A DNA stretch of 64,000 bases from Polyangium mundeleinium (GCF_028369105.1 NZ_JAQNDO010000001.1:1843711-1907710), one strand, 5' to 3'. Shown: positions 48,332 to 58,608, numbered from the stretch's first letter. Notes: generated from the letters alone by a model not told the origin. Translations and numbers: made by a program.

Positions 48332-49708
48332 ATGAAGCTCCTTCGCGCCCTCGCCTTGTCGTTGCCTTTCCTCGTGGTGCCCGCCCTGTACGCGACCGAT
48401 TCGAATGCGTGCGGCGGCTGTTTCATCAGCCAGCAGGAAACCACGCAGGTCACGGGCCACCGCATGGTCCTTTCGATCTCGAACGATCGCACGACCCTTT
48501 GGGATCAAATTACCTACGCGGGTGATCCCGCCTCGTTCGCCTGGCTCTTGCCGATCAAGGGGCAGGTCGACATCGGACTCTCGTCCGACGCCGTCTTCAA
48601 CGCGCTCGAACAGGGCACCCAGGTCTCGGTCCTCTCGCCCTCGATCAACTGCCTCCCGTCGGACTGCGTGGGCGCGCCGAACGCTGGCGGGGACGGCAGC
48701 GGCGGCACCGGCGGCGGGACTGGGGGCGTCGAGGTCATCGCCGAGGAGGTCGTCGGCCCGTACGCGACCGTGCAGCTCTCGTCGCAGGATCCCAATGCGC
48801 TCGCGAACTGGCTGCTCACGAACGGCTACAACATCCCGCCCGACATCAAGCCGATCGTCGACGCGTACGTGAACGAGGGCTTCGACTTCCTGGCCCTCAA
48901 GCTCGTGCCCGGCCAGGGCATCAACTCGATGCGCCCCGTGCGTGTCACCTCGCTGGGCGCGCTCCCGGTCCTGCCGCTGCGCATGGTCGCCGCGGGCACG
49001 GGCGCGATCACGCCGATCACGTTGTGGGTCCTCGCCGAGGGCCGCTACGAGCCGACGAACTTCCCGAGCTTCCAGATCAAGGCCGCGGATCTCGTGTGGA
49101 ACTGGGACACGCAGTCGAGCAACTACAAGGACATCAAGCAGCAGAGCTTCGACGCGTCGGGCGGCAAGGCGTGGCTCGTCGAGGCGGGCGAGCCGCTCTC
49201 GCGGTACTGGATCGAGGACAGCCTGAAGTACACGGCCGAGTTCGACCCGGAAAACAGCGGCTACGGCGGCGATCCGATGGGCCCGAGCGCGCTCGACGAG
49301 TGCATCGAGGACCTCGACGCGCTCTTCGGCTCGATCCCCGAGAACAGCCTCTGGGTGACCCGCATCCACGCCGAGCTCTCGCGGGCGGCGCTCGCGGCTG
49401 ACCTCACGCTGGGCGCGTCGAACGACCAGTCGTACGTCGAGCGATGGCTCCAGGTCTCGAACGCCGTGGGCACGCCGCCCGCGTGCCCGCCGCCGCCGGA
49501 CTGGTGCGTCGACCCGGGCACCGAGCCGGGCACCGACCCCGACCTGAACCCCTGGGACAACGGCTTCGGCGTGGGCAACGACGACCCGAACCTGGGCCAG
49601 GGCAGCGGGAGCTGCGCTGTCGGCGGCGCGGCGAGCATGCCCGCGGCGCTCGGGCTCCTCGGCGGCGCGATGCTCCTGTCCGTCGCGCGTCGCCGTCGAC
49701 GTCGTTAG
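48332..49708 (+). CDS. DUF2330-like secreted protein with MYXO-CTERM-type C-terminal sorting signal
   Basis: Signal peptide. C-terminus GSCAVGG...LLGGAMLLSVARRRRRR (Cys, hydrophobic helix, poly-Arg). Confidence 0.7.
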   Translation: MKLLRALALSLPFLVVPALYATDSNACGGCFISQQETTQVTGHRMVLSISNDRTTLWDQITYAGDPASFAWLLPIKGQVDIGLSSDAVFNALEQGTQVSVLSPSINCLPSDCVGAPNAGGDGSGGTGGGTGGVEVIAEEVVGPYATVQLSSQDPNALANWLLTNGYNIPPDIKPIVDAYVNEGFDFLALKLVPGQGINSMRPVRVTSLGALPVLPLRMVAAGTGAITPITLWVLAEGRYEPTNFPSFQIKAADLVWNWDTQSSNYKDIKQQSFDASGGKAWLVEAGEPLSRYWIEDSLKYTAEFDPENSGYGGDPMGPSALDECIEDLDALFGSIPENSLWVTRIHAELSRAALAADLTLGASNDQSYVERWLQVSNAVGTPPACPPPPDWCVDPGTEPGTDPDLNPWDNGFGVGNDDPNLGQGSGSCAVGGAASMPAALGLLGGAMLLSVARRRRRR

Positions 49709-49933
49709 TCCCGAGGGGAACGCCTCGCGTCCCCCTCTCGTCCGGGCAAAGCCCGGCCGATTCACCCCCTAGAGGCGAGCTCGCTTCGCGACCTCGTGTG
49801 GTTTTCCTGGTCGTCTTCCACCGCCGCCCGCGCGATTTTTTCGCGGATCACGCGTCTTGTCGTTTCGTTCGGGTCGCCCTAGCCTCTTTTGCAGGCGTGG
49901 ACCGCGACCCAGCGGCCGCGACCCGGAGGAAAC

Positions 49934-50869
49934 ATGTACGGTCCCAAAGGTCAGAGCAGCGGCGCTGGTCGTCCGCCTGCAGCCCCGAAGAAGGTCACCG
50001 TTCCGGACATTCGCGCACGGAAGGCAAGTGGGCCGCCGATCGCGATGGTGACGGCCTACGACTTCACGATGGCGCGCCTCCTCGACGAGGGCGGCGCGGA
50101 CATGCTGCTCGTCGGTGATTCGCTCGGCATGGTCGTGCAAGGGCACCCGACGACGTTGCCCGTGACGGTCGAGGAGATCTGCTACCACGGCCGCGCGGTC
50201 GCGCGCGGGGCGCGGCGGGCGCACGTGGTCGGGGACATGCCGTTCATGAGCTTCCAGGTCTCGTCCATGCAGGCCCTGGAGAACGCGGGCCGCATGATGA
50301 AGGACGGCGCGTTCGAGAGCGTGAAGCTCGAAGGCGGCGAGGAGATCGCCGAGCACGTGCGCCGCATCGTCGCGGCGGGCATCCCGGTGTGCGGGCACAT
50401 CGGGCTCACGCCGCAGTCCGTGCACGCGATGGGCGGCTTCAAGGTGCAGGGCAAGGGCGAAGAGAACGCGGCGCGGCTCGTGCGCGACGCGCAGGCGCTC
50501 GACGAGGCCGGCGCCTACGCGATCGTGCTCGAAGCGATCCCGCCGGATCTCGCGGAGGAGATCACGGCGGCCGTGTCGGTCCCGACGATCGGCATCGGCG
50601 CGGGCGCGGGGTGTGATGGGCAGGTGCTCGTCTGTTACGACATGCTCGGCATGTACCCGGATCTGCGCCCGCGCTTCGCGAAGCGCTTCTCCGAGGTGGG
50701 CGAGCAGATCATGGCGGCGACGCGGGCGTACGTGGACGAGGTGCAAGCGCGCACGTTCCCGGGCGCCGAGCACAGCTTCAAGCCGAACGGCCCGCGCCGC
50801 ATCACGCCGCCGGCCGAGCCTGCGGCGGCGGCGCTGGAAGAGATTCCTCCGCACTGGCAGACGCATTGA
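49934..50869 (+). CDS. panB: 3-methyl-2-oxobutanoate hydroxymethyltransferase
   Basis: MVTAYDFTMARLLDEGGADMLLVGDSLGMV... SD GGAGGA. Confidence 0.9.
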   Translation: MYGPKGQSSGAGRPPAAPKKVTVPDIRARKASGPPIAMVTAYDFTMARLLDEGGADMLLVGDSLGMVVQGHPTTLPVTVEEICYHGRAVARGARRAHVVGDMPFMSFQVSSMQALENAGRMMKDGAFESVKLEGGEEIAEHVRRIVAAGIPVCGHIGLTPQSVHAMGGFKVQGKGEENAARLVRDAQALDEAGAYAIVLEAIPPDLAEEITAAVSVPTIGIGAGAGCDGQVLVCYDMLGMYPDLRPRFAKRFSEVGEQIMAATRAYVDEVQARTFPGAEHSFKPNGPRRITPPAEPAAAALEEIPPHWQTH

Positions 50870-50917
50870 GGTTGGGTCGCGAGGGCGGGCCTGCGCGCCC
50901 GCCCCGCGCGTCCGGCA

Positions 50918-51928
<1,011 letters not shown>

Positions 51929-51970
51929 GTCCCCACTCCTCCGAAGCAAGGAGCGCGATGCTACCGCGGT

Positions 51971-54004
51971 TCAGGCTGGCGTGGACGCCGAACCCTCGCG
52001 CTTTTGCCCCACCGCGCGCAGGAACAGCTCCAGCACGGCGAGGACGAGCAGCCCGAGCGCAACATAAGGCGACGCGTCAATCGAGGGCACGACCCCGCCG
52101 AGCTCCTCGGCGCGCGCCGCGTCGATCACGCGCCGCGGCCGCAGATCGATCTCGCGCTCCGGCACGGTCGCGACCCGCACCGCGCGCTCGCCGTCGAGCC
52201 GCACCTCGTACCGGCCCTGCAGCGGCGCCACGGCGCGACGGCGGCCGTCCTGCTCCACGACCGGGATCGGCCGCCGCGCCTCGCCCGCGCGCACCGGCAA
52301 TCGCTCGATGGCCACGTCCTTGAACCCGTCGAACGTGAACGCGTCGCCCACGTCGATCTGCCGCGCCCCGCCCCGCGCTCGCGCCGTGCCCACGAACCGG
52401 TCCAGCAGCGCCAGGAAGGCCGGCCGGAGCACGAAATCGCTCTCGTCCACGGTGAGCGGCAGCGAGAGCGCGAAGACGGCGCCCCGGCCGAGCGAGCGGC
52501 GCAGCAGCAGCGGCGCGCCGTCGTCCCAGCGCGCGAGCACGTCCGCGTTCGTCGCGGCGGCCGGATCGAAGGACGCGCGCCCATCGGGCGAGAGCTTCGC
52601 CAGGCCTTCCGCGCTCGGGCCGAAAAACACCGCGCTCGTGGCATCGGCGCCCTGCGACGGGCTCGGCCCCCAGCGCACCACGCCCGGCATGAGCGGGTCG
52701 AACCCTGCGCCGAGCGGGGCCGTCGCCGCGCGCGGCCCGAACGTCAAGAGCAGCACGCCCCCGCGCTCCACCCACGCGGCGAGCGAACGCCGCCCTTCCG
52801 GCGTGAAGCCCGGCACGTCGTCCACGATGAGCCCCGCGAACGCCGCGAGCTCGTCCGCGTGGTCCGGCACCGCGGGCAGGGGACGCACCTCCGCGTCGAG
52901 GTGCATCGCCGCGAGCGCCTGCTCGATCGGCGGCGGCCCGCCTGTCGCCACGTGGGTCGAGGCCACGTCCACCACGACCGCGATCGGCAGCGCTCCGCCG
53001 GCCGGCACGACCGGCGCCTCGTCGTCCTCCAGGATCGCGTCGCCCGGCGTCAGCCCGACCGTCAGCTCCTCCGGCGCGCCTTCCGGCACGTCGAGCGCGA
53101 CCTCCTCGGCGCGGACCGCGGCCCCGAGCGGCGCCGACGTCAGCACCTTGCCCCCGGCGCGCAGCTCCACCGCCCGACCTGCCGAGGCCGAGATCCCCGC
53201 CGCGCCCTCGCCCGCCGCCCGCGTGTCGGGGCTGCACACGACACGCGCCCGCACCTTGCCCGCGCGCAGATCCGCCCGCGTCACCGCGCAATCGCTGCCC
53301 GAGGCCACGAGCTCCGGCAGCGGCGCCCAGAGCGTCGTATCCGAGCCGCCGCCGAGGGGCAGCGCGTTCGGCGCCCCGTCCGCGAGATCGCTCAGCAGCA
53401 CCACGCGCCGATCGGCGTGCGGCACGCTGCGCAAAAGCTCCCGCGCCAGGGCCAGCGCGCCTTCCAGATCGGTCGCGCGATCGGACGGCTCGATCCCCTC
53501 GAGCGCGCCCGTCACGGCCGCCATGTTCGTCGTCGACGCGAGTGCCACCCGCGCGGGCGCGCCCCCGAGGACCACGGCCACCGCATCGCCGCTGCGCAAA
53601 CCCGTCGTGAGCTCGCGCGCCGACGCGAGTGCCCGCTCGAACTTCGTCCGTTTCCCCGGCCCGCCTGCCCCGCCTTCCAGCGGCGCGCGCATGCTCAGCG
53701 AATCGTCGATCACGATCGCGAGCGCCACCGACGCCCCGTCCCTCCGCGCTAGCCCGAGCCGTGAGCACCGCACGAACGGCGTCGCGCCGAGCACCGCGAG
53801 CATCAGCACGCTGAGCGCCCGCACCACGAAGAGCGAGCGATCCTCCAGCATGCTCCGCCGCCGGGCCATCGGCTTCGTCGCCGGCACGAGCTTCGCGGGC
53901 GGGAAGGGTTGCTCCTCGGCTTGCCTTCGCCGGAGCAGGTGCGCCGCGACCGGCGCGCCGACGAGGAGCGCCACGAGCAGCGCGGCGATCGTCGCGAAGC
54001 TCAT
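51971..54004 (-). CDS. BatA-like protein: N-terminal double-TM domain plus vWA domain
   Basis: MSFATIAALLVALLVGAPVAAHLLRRR (TIGR02226-like) and vWA VALAIVIDDSLSM. ATGA overlap with the upstream DUF58 gene. Confidence 0.7.
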   Translation of the reverse strand: MSFATIAALLVALLVGAPVAAHLLRRRQAEEQPFPPAKLVPATKPMARRRSMLEDRSLFVVRALSVLMLAVLGATPFVRCSRLGLARRDGASVALAIVIDDSLSMRAPLEGGAGGPGKRTKFERALASARELTTGLRSGDAVAVVLGGAPARVALASTTNMAAVTGALEGIEPSDRATDLEGALALARELLRSVPHADRRVVLLSDLADGAPNALPLGGGSDTTLWAPLPELVASGSDCAVTRADLRAGKVRARVVCSPDTRAAGEGAAGISASAGRAVELRAGGKVLTSAPLGAAVRAEEVALDVPEGAPEELTVGLTPGDAILEDDEAPVVPAGGALPIAVVVDVASTHVATGGPPPIEQALAAMHLDAEVRPLPAVPDHADELAAFAGLIVDDVPGFTPEGRRSLAAWVERGGVLLLTFGPRAATAPLGAGFDPLMPGVVRWGPSPSQGADATSAVFFGPSAEGLAKLSPDGRASFDPAAATNADVLARWDDGAPLLLRRSLGRGAVFALSLPLTVDESDFVLRPAFLALLDRFVGTARARGGARQIDVGDAFTFDGFKDVAIERLPVRAGEARRPIPVVEQDGRRRAVAPLQGRYEVRLDGERAVRVATVPEREIDLRPRRVIDAARAEELGGVVPSIDASPYVALGLLVLAVLELFLRAVGQKREGSASTPA

Positions 54005-54936
54005 GCGCGCGCCTCGGCCACGGCGCGCACCACCTCGCGCACCACGTCGGCGGGAGGCTTGTCCGTCGTTGCCTCGACCCAGCGACCGCCCCGCGCGGAC
54101 AGCTCCTTCGACCAGTGCTCGGCGATCCCCGCGATCCGCTCGCGATACACCGCGCGCACCTCCTCGGCGTCCGTCTCGACGACCACGTCGCCCTCGCTCG
54201 CGCGGAGCCGCACGTGCCCGGAGAAGCCGAGATCTGCCTCGTTGGGATCGAGCACCCGCACCGCGACGAGCGAGCGCCCGCCGGCCCCGAGCGCCGTGAA
54301 CGCCGAGAGCGCCCGCTCCGGCAGGTCCACGAAATCGCTCACCAGCACGATCACCGCGCCGCGCCGCGCGCGCCGCGCCACGGGGGCGAGGGCGCGCTCC
54401 ATGGCCGCCTCGTCCGCGCTCGCGTCGCCTGCCGCCGCGGCCCCTTCGAGCGCCCCTGCGACCCGGTCGAACGCCTCGCGCCCGCTCGACGCCGGCAGCG
54501 GCATGGTCCCCCGCCCGCCGATCCACGCGAGCCCCACGGGATCCCCCGTCGACAGCGCCACGCGCGCCAGCGCTGCGGCCACGAGCGCCCCGTAGGCGAG
54601 CTTCGCGCCCGGGGCCCGGCTGCTCCGGTAGGCCATCGACGCCGTCGCGTCCACGCACAGCCAGAGCGCGCGATCCGTCTCCGTCTCGAACTCGCGCACC
54701 ATCATCCGGTCGTGCCGCAGCAGCGCGCGCCGGTCGAAGAACCGGAGATCGTCGCCGGGCACGTAAGGCCGGTGCCCGCCGAACTCCACGCCTGGCCCTT
54801 TGCGCACGCTCCGGTGCCCGCCGGCGTAGACGCCTTCGGCCAGCGTTCGGGCCCGCAGGCGCAGCGGCGCGAGGCTACCCCAGTCGATGGGGATCCCGTC
54901 CGTTCCGGAGCGCTGCGAGGGGCGAAGCTCGGCCAT
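54001..54936 (-). CDS. DUF58-family protein (MoxR/Bat-operon associated)
   Basis: DUF58 core FGGHRPYVPGDDLRFFDRRA...VSDF. No MoxR ATPase gene lies upstream. Confidence 0.75.
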   Translation of the reverse strand: MAELRPSQRSGTDGIPIDWGSLAPLRLRARTLAEGVYAGGHRSVRKGPGVEFGGHRPYVPGDDLRFFDRRALLRHDRMMVREFETETDRALWLCVDATASMAYRSSRAPGAKLAYGALVAAALARVALSTGDPVGLAWIGGRGTMPLPASSGREAFDRVAGALEGAAAAGDASADEAAMERALAPVARRARRGAVIVLVSDFVDLPERALSAFTALGAGGRSLVAVRVLDPNEADLGFSGHVRLRASEGDVVVETDAEEVRAVYRERIAGIAEHWSKELSARGGRWVEATTDKPPADVVREVVRAVAEARA

Positions 54937-55004
54937 GAGGGGATCGATGCATTACCCCAACGGGAAAGGCCCGCCACGACAAAACTTGTGGCAAGGAGAG
55001 GACC

Positions 55005-55904
55005 GTGCGCGTGTTCTTCTGCGATCACGTGGAGGTCCCGCTTCCGCCTGGGCATCGCTTCCCGATGGCGAAGTACGCACGCCTGCGCGAGCGCCTGCTT
55101 TCAGCGCTCCTGCTCGATCCGACGGACCTCCAGCCTTCCACGCCCGCCTCGATCACCGACCTCGCGCGTGTCCACGCGCCGCACTACCTCGAAGGCTTGC
55201 TCTCGGGCACGCTCGACCCCCGCATCTTGCGCGCCATTGGGTTTCCCTGGTCCGACGCCCTCGTGCGCAGGTCGCGCGCCAGCGTCTCGGGCACCCTCTG
55301 CGCCGGCCGCGCGGCCCTGGAAGACGGCATTTCGGGAAACCTCGCCGGCGGCACGCACCACGCCTTCGCGGATCGCGGCGCTGGATTCTGTGTCTTCAAC
55401 GACATCGCCGTTGCCTGCCGCACCTTGCTCGACGCGGGCGACGTCCGCCGTGTGCTCGTCCTCGACCTCGACGTCCACCAGGGCGACGGCACCGCCTCCC
55501 TTTTCGGAAACGAGCCCCGCGTGTATACGGCCTCGATCCACGGCGAAAAGAATTTCCCTTTTCACAAGCAGCAGAGCGACCTCGACCTCGCGCTCCCGGA
55601 CCAGACGGGCGACGACGAATACCTCGCCGCGCTCGAACCTTTTCTCGCCCGCGCCTTCGCCGAATCGAACCCCGATTTGGTTTTTTTCCAGGGCGGCGTG
55701 GACGCCCTCGCGGCGGACAAACTGGGCCGGCTCGGCATGACGGCGGCGGGCATGCGCAGGCGGGACGAGCGTGTCCTCGGCGAGGCGCGCCGCCGCGGCA
55801 TTCCGATCGCGCTCACCCTGGGCGGTGGATATACCGATCCCATCGACGCGACCCTCGCCGCGCACGTCGGGACGTATGCGGTCGCCCGTGAGGTCTTCGG
55901 ATGA
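55005..55904 (+). CDS. Histone deacetylase-family Zn-dependent deacetylase (AcuC/AphA-like)
   Basis: GGTHHAF...GFCVFNDIA...LDLDVHQGDG...GGGY motifs. GTG start with SD AAGGAGAGG. Confidence 0.85.
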   Translation: MRVFFCDHVEVPLPPGHRFPMAKYARLRERLLSALLLDPTDLQPSTPASITDLARVHAPHYLEGLLSGTLDPRILRAIGFPWSDALVRRSRASVSGTLCAGRAALEDGISGNLAGGTHHAFADRGAGFCVFNDIAVACRTLLDAGDVRRVLVLDLDVHQGDGTASLFGNEPRVYTASIHGEKNFPFHKQQSDLDLALPDQTGDDEYLAALEPFLARAFAESNPDLVFFQGGVDALAADKLGRLGMTAAGMRRRDERVLGEARRRGIPIALTLGGGYTDPIDATLAAHVGTYAVAREVFG

Positions 55905-56257
55905 CGCCCGGACGCATCACGCTGCTCCTCCTCGCGACGTTGCTTTCGGCCTGCCGTGGCGGCGAATCGGCCGACGCGACGCCGACACCGCCCGAGACCA
56001 CGCCGTCGGCCGCGCCCTCGCCCTCGCCCTCACCCTCCATGCCGCGCCGCCCGACGATCCGCCATTACCTCGCGCGCACGGCGGAGCGATGCGAGGTGTA
56101 TTCGGTCGACCGGGACGCCGTCTCCCCGGCCACGCGCACCCCGTGCCCGCCGGATTTGCAGATCGGCGAGCGCATTCGTGTCATGGGGAAATCGTGCATG
56201 CGGGAGGGGAGCACCGAACGGACGCAGCCGGTGGTGTGTCCGGGGGCGCTCTTGTAA
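55901..56257 (+). CDS. Small hypothetical lipoprotein
   Basis: Lipobox LLSAC. ATGA overlap with the deacetylase stop. Confidence 0.45.
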   Translation: MTPGRITLLLLATLLSACRGGESADATPTPPETTPSAAPSPSPSPSMPRRPTIRHYLARTAERCEVYSVDRDAVSPATRTPCPPDLQIGERIRVMGKSCMREGSTERTQPVVCPGALL

Positions 56258-56836
56258 GTAGGCGGCGCGGGCCGCCGACGGTGGATGGCGGGGGCTCCCC
56301 GAATCGAATCGTCGAAACGGTCATGTTTCGCGCGTCCGCCTCTTGTTCTGCCGCCGAACGAGCTTCGCCTCCCCTGGGGGCCCGCCGGCTCTCGTCCCCG
56401 AACGCTTCCCGGTTCCCCGGCCGCCCCCTGTTTCGCGGCAAGCTGTGACCGTCGTCGCGTCCGCCTCCTGTTTTGCTCCGTGAGCCTGTCGGCTCGACCT
56501 CCGGACGGGGATTTTTTCGCGAAACAGCCCCGGGCTTGTCTCGCCGGCCGGCCGTTGTTTCCCGCAACCACGCCGGGACGCGGCCGCAATCCATTGTTGT
56601 TTGCGCCTGAAGCGAGGCGGACCCGCGGACCAATCCTGTCCTGTCGCAAAACGAGTCCCGGCCCGCCGCGCACCTCCTTGTTCGGCAGCCGAACAGGACC
56701 CGTCTCCGGAGGGCGGAGCCAGTCGGGGTTGCTTCGAATGAGGTGTTCGGCGTGGCTTGGCTGTATCGTGAAGATGCGAGCGCCTCATGGGCTCGCTGGT
56801 GGATGTCCTTGGGGCTTTGGGCGTGGGAGGGTGCGC
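56258..56836. promoter_or_regulatory. 579-nt noncoding region with five TGTTT(C/G)(C/G)CG boxes, a TTTCGCGAAA palindrome and three ~32-nt direct repeats (CGCGTCCGCCTCYTGTTYTGC...)
   Basis: Boxes at 56324, 56429, 56515, 56556 and 56598. Long repeats at 56331-56363, 56452-56484 and 56667-56697. No convincing ORF. Confidence 0.35.
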
Positions 56837-57358
56837 ATGAAACGGATCGTCATCGGGGTGCTGCTCGTTTCGATCGCTCTGCCTGCGCCTGGGTGCACGG
56901 AGGACAAGTGCAAGAATCCGGCAAAGAGCAGCGACCGGATCAGAAACATCTGGAGGGATGGGGATGCGATCAAGTGCAACGCGGTCGTGACCTGCCCCGG
57001 TCATGGCGGGCGCCCGGACAACAGGTTTGCGCTTCAGGGCCTTGAGGATCCCACCACCATCGACCAGCATCGCGATGACTGGAACGAGGGCCATTGCAAG
57101 CAGAAGGTCTGGGACCAGCCGTGGTGGAACCCCGAGTGCACGGTCGTGGTGTCTCCGGCGATCAGTTGCCTCGATGTGGATGGGGGATCAGGTGCGCCTG
57201 GGCCCACGCCCACGGGAGGGACCCTGGTCACGGTCGGCGTCGGAGCGGGAAGCGGGGACTACTGGATCACCGAGCAGGGGGTGGGTGGCGCGGGGGGCGT
57301 GGGCGGCGCTGGAGGGTTCAGCGAAGAGCCCGGGGAGGCTGGGCACGGCGGAGAGTAA
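56837..57358 (+). CDS. Small lipoprotein with Cys/Trp-rich core and Gly-rich C-terminus
   Basis: MKRIVIGVLLVSIALPAPGC lipobox. SD GGGAGGG. It lies within the conserved ~47-nt leader also found at 60713. Confidence 0.55.
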   Translation: MKRIVIGVLLVSIALPAPGCTEDKCKNPAKSSDRIRNIWRDGDAIKCNAVVTCPGHGGRPDNRFALQGLEDPTTIDQHRDDWNEGHCKQKVWDQPWWNPECTVVVSPAISCLDVDGGSGAPGPTPTGGTLVTVGVGAGSGDYWITEQGVGGAGGVGGAGGFSEEPGEAGHGGE

Positions 57359-57880
57359 TCACCGCTCAGGAACCGCGCCGGACGAGCCTGAAAGTGGCGA
57401 TTGTCCCGTGGCCTCCCGCAACCTGGCGTACCAATCCGTGCCCGTGAGCGCGGGGCAAAGCGACTCCGTCTTGGTACGAAAACAAGCCAGGAATTCCTGC
57501 TGGTCGATGTTCCTCGACTGGTGCTTTTGTTGCAGCGAATCCTGGCAGCGAGTCCCGGCGATATCGGTGTCGCGCCAGAAGCGAGCCCCCTGCATGTCTT
57601 CGCACGAGGCGCAAAAGACCGGGTCAAGCCCCGTGCAAGGCACCTTCTCCGGGCAGAACGACAGGACGCAGCTCGCCAGGCATGCGTCCATGTACTCTTC
57701 GGTGACGACACGACAATCAACGTGCGTGCAGTACCCCTCGGTCAGCTCTGCGAGGTCCTCGCAAATCTCTTCACGGGTTTGGCCCGTGCCCCTGGGCTCC
57801 CCCCGATACGCCCCCAGCCCCACGGTGACCAGCGCGACGGCAGCGACGGCGATGGCGATGTACGATCCGCGGCGTTTCAT
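57359..57880 (-). CDS. Secreted/membrane-anchored Cys-rich protein, paralog 1
   Basis: N-terminal TM/signal IAIAVAAVALVTVGLGAYRGE. 11 Cys. Shared motifs GARFWRD, TRC, CFRTKTE..CPALTGTDW. The ~60-nt conserved upstream leader is duplicated in the paralog. Confidence 0.6.
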   Translation of the reverse strand: MKRRGSYIAIAVAAVALVTVGLGAYRGEPRGTGQTREEICEDLAELTEGYCTHVDCRVVTEEYMDACLASCVLSFCPEKVPCTGLDPVFCASCEDMQGARFWRDTDIAGTRCQDSLQQKHQSRNIDQQEFLACFRTKTESLCPALTGTDWYARLREATGQSPLSGSSGAVPER

Positions 57881-57960
57881 GGCTGTCTCCCCTGGGCCCC
57901 GACGAGCCTACACCAATCCACCGGGAAAGACGAGCATCTTGCCGCGAAGCACGGGAGAGC

Positions 57961-58461
57961 TCATTGCCCCAGCGCAGTCAGCATCCGCGCGTGCCAGTCG
58001 GTACCGGCGAGCGCCGGACAACGCCGCTCGGTCTCAGTCTTGAAACAGGTGACCCATGCCTCTCGGCTGGGGGCCGGGACCTTCTCGTGAGCGACGGGCG
58101 CTTTGAGCTCGTTGCTACACCGCGTTTCTGCGTTGTTCGCGTCGCGCCAGAAGCGGGCGCCGTGCAGGTCCTCGCACGGCGCTCGCCAGATCGGGTCGGC
58201 GTTGCGGGGTAGCAATGGGGCGTAGTCCGGGCAGTACGTCATCAAGCAACCCGCCTCGCAAGCGTCGGCGAAGTCTTCCGTAATCGCCATACAATGGCCA
58301 AGATGAGCACCCTGCTCGCACATCTCGATGGCGGTATCGAGGTCCGAGAGGCAACTCTCTTCCCCCGTGTAGGGCACTTCCCCCCGATACGCCCCCAGCC
58401 CTACGGCGACGAGCGCGACGGCGGCGACGGCAACGGATAGCATCGATCGGCGGCGTTTCAT
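57961..58461 (-). CDS. Secreted/membrane-anchored Cys-rich protein, paralog 2
   Basis: About 45% identical to paralog 1 with the same N-terminal anchor, conserved Cys pattern and duplicated leader. Confidence 0.6.
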   Translation of the reverse strand: MKRRRSMLSVAVAAVALVAVGLGAYRGEVPYTGEESCLSDLDTAIEMCEQGAHLGHCMAITEDFADACEAGCLMTYCPDYAPLLPRNADPIWRAPCEDLHGARFWRDANNAETRCSNELKAPVAHEKVPAPSREAWVTCFKTETERRCPALAGTDWHARMLTALGQ

Positions 58462-58608
58462 GGCTGTCTCCCCTGGGCCCGGTGAGCCTACACGCGCCCG
58501 CCGGGAAAAACGAGCGCGCTTCGGGGCGGATCGCGTGGCACGGGCACGGGGGGCGTTCCCTGGAAAAACCGTGTCACCCTCCTGCCCCCTGCGGCAAAGA
58601 TCCCGAGC

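Noticed and set aside
48026-49765. 579-aa minus-strand ORF
   Set aside because: It is antisense to the DUF2330/MYXO-CTERM gene, which has a clear signal peptide and sorting tail.
51958-54658. Multiple overlapping large ORFs in all frames (for example 51068-53752 plus strand, 52077-53768 minus strand) and the upstream 219 codons of the BatA ORF
   Set aside because: Only the frame with the double-TM plus vWA domains starting at ATG 54004 is protein-like, and it is coupled by ATGA to the DUF58 stop. The rest are GC-rich artefacts.
55101-55865. 254-aa minus-strand ORF
   Set aside because: It is antisense to the well-supported HDAC-family gene.
56285-56836. Upstream 184 codons of the 56285-57358 ORF
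   Set aside because: They are Arg/Pro-rich with no domain. The real gene starts at the ATG at 56837, which has a strong SD and a lipoprotein signal. The upstream part is treated as noncoding regulatory DNA.
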